A stretch of DNA of 64,000 nucleotides, from assembly GCA_008690995.1 (NCBI GenBank), contig VRMN01000003.1:992001-1056000 (forward strand), given 5' to 3'. Source of the DNA: Porphyridium purpureum. Taxonomy: Eukaryota. Under the pieces are notes generated by a model. That model saw nothing but the letters and a program-made list of their open reading frames with translations, was not told where the DNA came from and did no database searches. The translations under genes and the position numbers were made by a program. Below, piece after piece: positions 1 to 10,100 of this stretch; position 1 is the first letter of the stretch; every line of letters begins with the position of its first letter.

Positions 1-1
1 C

Positions 2-679
2 AAGAACCTCGTCGGGTCGTACTATCCGGCGAGCAAAGTGGTGTGCGACCCTGCGACGCTGACGACACTGTCAGATCGTCACCTGCTGAACGGTCTTTCG
101 GAGTGTATCAAACACGCCATTACCCAGTCCAAGGACATGCTTGACTTCATTCTTGACGGCATCCACGACATGCGCAACACCAAGTACCTCGAGGCGGTCG
201 TGCGCATGACAGTGGAGCATAAGGCCCCGACCTTGACGGACTATCACGACAGTGACTTCAACGAGATGTGCCCTCAGTACGGCCACGCCATTGGCCACGC
301 CGTGGAGCACCTTTCGTGGCACGAAGGGTTCGGCCCAGCGCTCCTGCATGGCGAGGCTATTGCGATCGGCATGTGCGTCTCCGCCGAAATTGCATACATC
401 ATGGATCTGTGTGACGAAGCTGTTGTAGACAAACACTACGAAATCTTCGAGAAGGCTGCGTTGCCCGTGCACATTCCGTCAAACATGACACTGGACCTGG
501 TTCTGGAGAAGCTAACATACGACAAGCATTACTTGCGTTGCAAGCCGACAATGGGCTTGGTTACGGACATCGGTAACATGCACCTGGACGAGGAAAACAT
601 GTGCTACGGAATCAAAATCGATGAGGAAATTTTGCTTTCCGCGATGGAGGCCAATGTGGAACGGCGCTGCCGCTCATAA
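2..679 (+). CDS. Sugar-phosphate cyclase (3-dehydroquinate synthase superfamily), C-terminal part; 5' end outside window
   Basis: Frame is open from base 2 (KNLVGSYYPASKVVCD). It has the superfamily motifs NGLSECIKHA, YGHAIGHAVEH, LLHGEAIAIGM and a late DK. Confidence 0.8.
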   Translation, partial: KNLVGSYYPASKVVCDPATLTTLSDRHLLNGLSECIKHAITQSKDMLDFILDGIHDMRNTKYLEAVVRMTVEHKAPTLTDYHDSDFNEMCPQYGHAIGHAVEHLSWHEGFGPALLHGEAIAIGMCVSAEIAYIMDLCDEAVVDKHYEIFEKAALPVHIPSNMTLDLVLEKLTYDKHYLRCKPTMGLVTDIGNMHLDEENMCYGIKIDEEILLSAMEANVERRCRS

Positions 680-1117
680 GGTACTGGGCGGAAAATTCTA
701 GAGCTCGGCGCTCTGGGGACGTTCCTCGAGTCTCTCACTGTCGATGGAATTGTTTGTGTCACACCTAACTTTTTTTTTTTTTTTGCTGTGTGGAGTTGTT
801 CTCACGAGGATGTGTGCGTGCGCGTGCCGCGCATGAACAGTCGAAACAATAAATGATTCTCGTGATCGCAACCATCTTCATTCTGACTCGTGATGTTCAA
901 CACAGCTTGCAACAGCGACAACACCCATGATATTAACACGGTCCTGTTCGTAGAGTAGGCGACCATGACTCCCGGCCGTAATCGTAACGCGTCAGGCAAA
1001 CTAAAGACGCTGCCTGCTTCTTGGCCCCGTGCGCACAAAGTTCCCGACTCTGCCGCGTTTTGGCGGATGAACAAGGGGTTTCCATTTTCGGGACGATGGC
1101 GACCGAGAGGAGAGGGG

Positions 1118-4100
1118 ATGGCGGATGACGGAGGGACACGGGTGCGAGACGTACGTGCGGTATGTTTGCAGGCGATTGCGGCGCTTGAGCAAGGAGATGA
1201 GGATGTTCGGCAGGAGATATTTCAGCTACTGCGTCTGACGCTGACCAAGGTACCGCGCGATGCGTGGCGCTCTGTTTCTCAGCTGGCCGACGCCGCGAAC
1301 AATGAACTGGACAAACTGATGTATGTGCTGGTGCATGAGTATCTGGTCACTGTGGCACCCACGCAGACGCACTCTCGGGATGAGTACGAGGATTTGATCG
1401 GGTTGCTGTGCTACTACGCCGCCAGCGCAGAGCTGCTTCAGTATTTGCTCCAGCAGCTTGCTGAGCTCACAGTATTGATCCACCGGAGAGCCGATTTCGC
1501 GCAGCAGAACGGAGCACTCACGGCCCACGGGAGCGCAGAAATGCAACCTCGGAAGAGGATGGCGAACAGGTCAGTGAAGCATAATACTCCGGCCAAGACA
1601 CGTGCGGAAGCACCGCCAAGTCATGCGAAAAGCTCAAGCGCAACACAAGGGGCGGCGGTTGGTGACGACCGGGCCGCGGTGTTCTTCCAGCGCTTGGCGC
1701 CTGCAAGCATTCGTGAGAAGGACCGATATTGCATCGACTTGTCGAAACCTCAACTCTTTGAGCTTGTGAGCTGCCTGCTCAACCGAGTTGCAGCCGTGCC
1801 AAGGATTCGCTCGTTTGTCAAATTGGAGAGACACACGGAAATGGATCCGTTGGGGGAGCTTGGCAATTTACCAGTTCGCGCTTTACAAAAGCTGATTCCC
1901 GCATTGTCCACCATGATCGGTTCGAATCCGAGAGATCGAAAGGTGCGCATTTTTTGCGCAAAGTTAAGAGCGCGGGTGCAGAATGAATTCGACGGTCAAC
2001 TTCTCGAAGAATGGTGGCAGCTGGGCACGGCTATCGCAGCAGTCATTCCTTGTGCCATTGGAAGTCTGGCTCTTCCGCTATTGACCCCCAACAAAATTGA
2101 ATTGGTACGGAAATGGGATAAGTCCAAGTGCACAGCGAGAGCGATTTCGTGTGCCTGGCTTGCCGCGGCAGTTCATCAAGTTCTGCAACTGAATGCCTGG
2201 TGTGAGTACCACCCAAGCGCGAGTCATCAATACGAGAGCAGTCTTTGCGATATGATGGGCCATCTATTGCAACGTCTGTGTGGTTTTGAACTGTGTCGTT
2301 CGCCGAATTGCATCAGCGCCACTTTTCTGGTCTGTGCACCGAATTCCCGAAGCGAGTGCAGCTTATGCAGAGAACTAGTGCGAGCAGCGAGGCGCATTCG
2401 AAACGGACCGATGTGGCAGTCTGCGAGTCTACGAAGCTCTCTTACCGCCTTGGTGCTTGATCCTTCGCGGGAGAAAGAAAAGGAAGCCTTCGACCAAGCA
2501 GCGTTTGACCGCGTGGTACAGAAGAGATTTGTGAGTTCGAAAATCGGGTCTTGGACTCAGCGGCTTGTTGCAGTGTCGAATCTTGCGCTTCTGTACTTCT
2601 CTCATGAAAGCGAAATCAATTCCCTTGTTACCCGCACCTTGTGTGACCTCCTTGACTCTCTCGGGCTCGCGAAACTCAATATTGGCGAGCATGGTACTGT
2701 CGCAGGCATTGATGCCACGCAAATAGCCATGCTGTTCAAACTATGCTTTGGGTTGACCAAACGTGGATTGTATGGAAGTAACAGCAATGAGTCTGATGCG
2801 TGTGACGCATTCGCGCAAATCGTGGAAATCTATGTTTCATTCCTTGCGGGCCTCGTTGGGCGCATGGGAGATAAGTCCGACAGAACTCTAGCGTCCCTCT
2901 TGGCGAGCTTGAACGAGCTTGAGCTGGCCGTGTTTCGGTGCGGTGTGCTTGATGTGTGGCTTCAAGCAGGTTGGAGGCGCACATTATTGCAGGGCTTGCT
3001 TGGACTCGTGTCGCCACAGGCAGTGCATAAGATGGTAGGCAGAGTATCCGGAGGTTCAGCATATTCTTGTTGTAGAGAAGATACGCTTCTACTCGCGATC
3101 GTCTCATTTGTCCTTCGAATTTCTCGCGCCGCGGGACGAATTGATGAAACTAAGGCGACCGAAAGTGTTGACCAGGACGTTTCATGCATGATAACAGATC
3201 TGGCGGAGGCCTTGCTGGATTCCTCGCTCTCGCAGAATATCCCGCGGGTCGCCGGGACAGAGACGTTATCTATCAATCTCGAGCGTTGGGATGCACTTGG
3301 GTTTGTTCTCGCACTTTCGTCACTTTCCGATGGTCTGTGCCTTGCTTCTGGTTGTTTGCGCTCGAATGCCGGAAAGGATACAGCCTCAAACACCGGCGAT
3401 ACCGTATCCATTTCACTTCCCCGTTTTCTCGGATGTTGCCGTGCGTTTCGTGATGCTGTTTTAGTTATCCAGCGAATGAAGCGAGAGCGATATGAGCTGG
3501 CTTTCAACGCGCAACAGCCAATGGACCACGAGCTTTTCGAAATGGTAGAGGAATTGTTCGCAGCAGCGTGTGCATCACTCGCGAAGCACATGCCAGCTTC
3601 TGTCCGAGAAGTGCATGAATTGGGCGTCATTGATTTCGACGTTCAGCATGCTCGCAATATCACGAACGAACTGGTGTGGTGGCTACTGGATCGGGCATTT
3701 GATGGTCAGTGCAGAGCCGTCTCTCGACTTGATGATGAGCGCTGCGACCTCAGCATGACACGGTCAACGTCAGCGGTACATGGTGCCCTGCGTGGCTTGC
3801 TTTCAGTTGTCGCCCAAGCACAACCTTGGAATTGTTTGAGCTCGGCGGATTGCCTCAAGCGCGCAAGCAGCGCTGGGATTTTTGGGCACGTAGCCGCGGT
3901 TCTCGAGAACTGCACAGCTTCTGCTTTCCACTCCAAGGCTATTGCCCTTCGATTGGAGGACCGAATTCGTGATTGCTCGTCCCAAGGTTTAAGTTTAGAC
4001 GGTGCCGGCTACTTGATATGTTCGCTGCTTGACTTGGAGGGAGCGCGTAGCGGCGTGGATGGCCACTTAGCTCTCAAAAAGTCTATGCTCTCGACGCAGC

Positions 4101-7100
4101 TTTTGAGGCAGCTCTTCCGAATCTATGTCAGCAAGTCGTATGCGGATGCCTCTAGCGTTCGCGTGGCAAATCTTGAAGAGGTGGCGTCTTCAGGACCAGC
4201 GTACCGAGCCATGACACTTGCTCTTTGGACAGAGAGAGCGAACGCGGCTGGAACAGGGCCACCCGAAACAAACGCAGAACGCATCGGGAGGTGTTTACTG
4301 GACAACGTGGATGTGTTCTTGCCGGAAATATTGCCCGTACTTTGCCGTTCCGCTGGTTCGCCGCATGCGACCTCGCGGCCCTCTCCACAAGGGCAGCTCG
4401 CACATATTGCGTTGCTGTTCAATATGGACGAAGGCGGGATATTAATGCGTATCGCCCGGCACTGCATTCGCGAAGTACTGGTTGTGGGCGGCTCTGAGGC
4501 GCTGCTCGCGCTTTGTCGAGCGCTCGAGTCTTGCTATGTCGATCAGAGAACTTGCCTGACGCCTTTTGAGCTTTTACGCGACCAGTTCGGGCTCGCCCTC
4601 TGTGATTGCTTAGTGCAGCGCGACTTTCAGCGCCGCCTGGAAGAACTTGTTGGCTTGATTCCTTCCGATGTTGTCCTGCCCGTCCTCGGTAATGCGTCCA
4701 GCCGTGGTGTGACCTCTACGCTTGATATGCTGCAGGGCATTTTGCGACATTGCGGAAACGATATCACGAACGAGCTTTGCATTCAACTGGGTGGAAACGA
4801 CGAGCAGCGCAAGCGCGCCGAAATTGGATTTGAGAACATTGCTCTCGTGGTTACATCTGCTGGTCATAAAGATAGAGATGGGCACTATGGTACGACAGAG
4901 GCTGTGGCAGAGTGGCTGTCAGATCACTTCCTTCCGGCCATGGATGTTCTGGGGGCCAAGATTCTTTCCCGAAAGATGGCCATTGCGGAGCGTGTGCATG
5001 GATTGCGCTCGCTCAGGCACATGCTAAAGTTGTCCGGGAAACGGGTGCATTACTTTGTTCCGCAAGTGTTGGCCACCTTGAGTCTGAGCTTGCGTCTTGC
5101 GCGCCCAAAGTCTGCAGCGGGACTGATGGAGATCCGTGGTGGCAGTCGCAGTGCAAACGACACCGTGCCGGCTGGCATATTGCAGGCCCGAATGCATGCT
5201 TTGCTGGAACGTGCCAGGGCTGATGCCTGGAAGGAATTTCTCGTGGCACTTGGCGTGGAGCACGTCGTCAACCACTTGTCTTCTATCGTGGCAATTCTGG
5301 TACCCCATCTAGAGCGTGACGAAAAGCTGGCGGGTACGGTGGCGCCTGTGCTACGCCAAACTATTGAAGCATTGGTTGTTTCTTCGTCTTCAATGTCACA
5401 ATCAGCTCGTCGTGCGCCAGGACAGAATGCAAAGCCGTCTGGCAGCCCAATGAAAGCGGTGAATGCGGCTCTTGGTGCGCTTGTCTTTTTCCCGGACTGG
5501 GAACGTGCAAGTAGCGCGTGGATGCAGGCGAATCCGGATTTAGTGCGCGTGAGTGAACTACTGCGAATTTGGGAAAAACAAAACCAGAGCAGTGAGTTTG
5601 CGACCTGGGTACTTTCGGATCCAGGCATTCCCACACGGTACAGCGAAGTTTTGACACGAATGTTTCGAATCTGTCACGTGGTCGGCACCCAAGACAACAA
5701 AGTCGTGAAGAGCCTAGCACTTGAGCACATGGTGCAACTCATGCGGGAAAACCGGGACGTCGTGCGACGGTTGCCGATGTACACTGAAGGGGAGCAGAGG
5801 CAACGGCAACGTATAGCCAGCGATCCAGGAACCGAAAGCGATTGTACTCTCTTCCGCATTGCTTTTCCGGTGCGTGATTTTGGTGATTTCATGAAGAGCC
5901 TGATGATGTGTTGCTCCGATGGCAGCGATACTAGGTTAAGTGGGGCAGCTTTGATTGTCCTGGGGGAGTTGGGTGCGATCGACCCGACGCTATATCTTGA
6001 TGGACCAGACGCTGCTACAGGCCGAGATCCAGGCGCAATCTCAGGTTGCAGCGAGTCCGATGAGCAGATTGATAAACTGAGGGACAGTGGGGTTTGCGCA
6101 GCGCGGCTGGCGGACTTGCAAGGCCTGTCGCTTGTTCGGGCAATTACTCAGCCCAGACAGCCGCAGACCAATTCTTTGAAGGATTTCGCGCCCGATCTGT
6201 CCTCGGCATTATTTCGTTTGGGACACAACGTCCTCAGGTATCACTTGGTGCCAGCTCTGACACAACAGAACGGAGCTGCATCTTTTTCGCCTGGGCACGC
6301 ACAGGGTTTAACGCCCGAACAGAAAAATGTGATTGGCTTCTCCATCCAGGAAGTACTTGCGGTGTGCAAGTGCACTTCAGAAACGCCCGAGCTCGCTCGG
6401 ATTTTGCGGGAGGAACACCTGCAGTCAACCCTGATACAGGAAGTGCATCTGGAAGGGCCACATGCAGCCTCGGCTCTCGCAGCTTCGTTCTGGAACACTT
6501 TTTCAGGGTCCGTGCGCAGTGTGCTGACGCCCTTTTTAGGATCATTGTACGAAATTCGGAGGGTAGCGCCGCGCAGCGAGTCCGAAAGCACTGCTACCGC
6601 GTCTTCGGTGACCCAGCTGGATTTGCATTTGGCAGAAAGTCGGAGCCACGTGAAAAAATGGGTCGTAATCTTTTTGTCATGGATTATTGAAGCACTGGAG
6701 TCGCAAATGAAGGATAAGACGAGCATGTTAAACTCCGCTCATGTCGGCAAAGCAACTGCAGCAGCGGCATCGGAGCGGACAACCACTGGTGGCAGCAGTG
6801 TGGCCCCCGCACCAGCCAGGCGAGAAATTGGTATGCATCAGCTGTTTCCCGGCGAGGCGTGGGTCTACCAGAAGAATTGGATTCGGCTGCTGCTCGCCCT
6901 TCGCAAGTATATTCGCGTGGCGGACGACGGCTCGCTCGCGCTTGAGATTTTTCCCCTTATTGTGCAGGAAGGATTTTTATTCCTTCCGCGAGGCTCTTGG
7001 CAACTCATCCAACGCGAGCTTTGCGCTGGTCTAGAGGCAAATGGTGCGACTGCGGCTTACGTTTTTGCAGCGTATGACAGCATTGGCCAGGCGCTGTTGA

Positions 7101-10100
7101 AGTTTGAAGCTGCGTTTGGCAGGCTACCGCGCACCCAAGGTGGAGGTGCAAAAGTCAACAGCAGTCCGGCTGCCGGGAGTCATTTCCAACCGCTCAAGCA
7201 TTGGTCGATTGTAGATTTGAATCATTTTGCTGTTTTCTGGACAAACTTTCATCGCCAGCATCGAAAGAAGCTGCACATCAGCTTTGACGTCGGTGAGGAG
7301 GTCACCACCAGCACTCACGAAGTGGAACAAATTCTGATCGCTTCGGTGCGCGGCTCAGTGCATACCCAGTCTTCCGAGAGAGGCATCATGTACCTCGAGT
7401 ACTTACTGCGGGTGCGATCAGCCGGCGAAGAGAGGTCCGAATCAGAAACAGCATCTGACCTTACCAATCATGAATTGAAAGAAAGCGCGGATGAGTTGTG
7501 CTCTTTGTTACTAGACTTGTCCTACGAACTTGAGGATATAGACCGCATGGAGGGAGTGCTTTGCGTACACTCTACTTCCAACATCAGAAGCCGTCTGAGA
7601 AAAGCCGAGGCCGCGCGGGATTATCCAAATGCCCTTTTTCTGCATGAGCAGGTGCTGGAAATGTCTGGAAGGGGAAATGGGTGGGCCATTTTTGCAGACC
7701 ACAACTCGATGATCACAGGTTCATCTCCTTCTAGATCGAAACGCGTGGTGACGTATGAAGCTCAGCAGGCGTCGCTCGATTACGCTGCTTACCTCGAGTG
7801 TCTGGGCAAGTCTGGCCGCTGGTCTAGCGTTGTGCGTCTCGTCAGCCGTCCACCTGCTCTCCGAATGGTGAGGGGAAGCCAGGCAGAGCAAGCGCCTCAG
7901 GAGCATGCGGCTTATATGGCCCTTTTACGCGCCAAGGGTATGGAAGCTGCATGGCGTCTGGGAGAATGGGATGAGCTGTCTGCTCTCTGGAATGATGGCA
8001 TTATCAGCAACACCGCGAATCTTCCAAGTGATGATCGTGTCATGATGCAGAATCAAGGTCGAAGCCACTTGCAAACATTTGCGGACGCCCGGGGCCTTTT
8101 TGACCCGAACCGTGATTCGGCGGGCTCTTCCGAGTATCTCTCGAGAATGTTTCTGTCTGCGCTCGATTCGAGATACGCTCATTTGAGCCAGTCCGATCGA
8201 AATCAGAACAGTGGCCTGCAAAGCTCAATACAAGAGCTAGCACGACTCGCGCGACTTGCCCTTGTTCCTAACATGGCAGCGGTTATGTGTGCTAGATCTA
8301 ATCATCCCATTCAGGTCGTGCAGTCGCAGATGGATCGTGTGTATCCGCTGCTGGTTCAACTTCATGTCATTGCCGAAGTTGAAGACGGGCTGTCTCAATT
8401 TGGCACCGGACACAAAGTTGATGGTGGCAGCAACAGTCGTTTTCTCATCTCTGGCGATGATGCGTCACTCGTTTACGATGAAAATCGAATGCAATGGATG
8501 AGCTTGGCTGGAGAGCATCGGCAAACCGTTCTATATGCGAGGCGCGCGGTGTTTCTGATGCGAGGCGAGCCGTACCGAGCCGCAATCGCCTCGCTCGAAA
8601 TCGCTCTGTTCGCCACGCGTGAGGGTAACTTAACCCACGCTAAAAACTGCATCTCCCAAGGGCACCATTTGCTCGAAGTGTGCAGTACAAGCAGTGTTGC
8701 CAATGACTCCGCGGAGCTTAATCGCGTGAGAATTGGGCTTTCTCTTGTGGATGCGCAGGTTTCCTTTCGTGAGGACGACGTCGCGCGTGCCATCGCCATT
8801 CTGGAGCACCGTGTATTGAAAAGTAGCCAGAAACAGGGATTGAGACTTGTCTCGCATGTCCAAGGCGACGACAAGGATTTGGGCGCACGCACGAAGCATG
8901 AGAATGAGCTGCACCCAAACGTAGTCAATCACTTTGCAGAGGCATACGCGCATTATATGTTGGCAAAGTGGAAGGATGTTTCCCAAACATCACGTGCGTC
9001 AGATATTATTGGGCATTTTCGTCAGGCTCTGGTGACGAGTAGCGGTGAGGACGAAACGCTACGAGAAGAACAGCATAGCGCGGCTAATTCTACCACAGTT
9101 GCAAGTGCTGGCGACAAAGCTTTGCAAGAAAGTGCATTCTTTGAACTTGGCAAGTACTTCGATCGGCTGCTGCGCGCGGCGGCCAATTCTCAGATCAAGG
9201 ACTTTGTGGACAATCTTCCAGTCGGCGCCAAAGCAGACGAATACGGGCCGCAGGTCGGCGGGCCGGAGGACGGAACGGCAACAGACCCGTCGCAATATGC
9301 CCCGTATGTCACACGCTACTTTGCCGCGGCCTTGCGTCTTGGCGGTGGAACGCGCTTCGCGAGCGAGGCAGTTTCTCGCATGCTCACGTTGGCGTTTGAT
9401 TACGAACAGCCAGATGAGGGTTTGGAGGTTTTTGTCGACGACGATGGCGGTTCTAGTGGAGCACCACCAGGAGGAGCAGCAGCGCGTGTGACGGCTACCA
9501 AAAGCCTAGCAACCCGGGGACACAGTATTGCTGGTGCAAAGTCCGTAAGGAACGAATTGGAGAGCGCGATTCGCAGCTTACCGCGTTCGATCTGGGTACC
9601 GACAATACCGCAGATCCTCTCTCGTGTCTCTCGAGCAAGCGGCGCGCTTCGCGACGTGCTCGTCGGTTTACTTGTAGCGCTGCTCCGCGAGCACCCGTAC
9701 CAAACGACATGGCATATTGTCCCAGTGTGCGAGTATTCGGACCGCGTACGTGCCAGTTTGGCGCAGTCCATCTTGGAAAAGGCAAAGCAACCCGTTTCCC
9801 AGGAGCACCGCGCAGAGTTTCCGAGACAGTCAGAGCATGTCTTTATCAAGCGCTTGATTGTTCAAATGGAAGTGCTCGTGCGACACCTCATAAAGGTGTG
9901 CAAAACGCAATTTGAAAAAGAACGAAGTCTGTCCCTGAGCACGCATTTCCACGCAATGGCGAAAATGCAGATGCCCCTCGCCGTGATTGTGCCGACTCTG
10001 CAAGCCATGAATTCGTCTGGGATGCAATTCAGCATTTCTTCTTCGCACGCGTGGAAGAATGATGAGAGCCACAGCGGGAATGAACTTGGTCTGCTTGCGG

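Noticed and set aside
769..784. T16 run after the cyclase gene (also a T run near 32689-32700)
   Set aside because: Simple homopolymers in 3' regions with no preceding GC hairpin. The genome is eukaryotic, so these are not intrinsic terminators.
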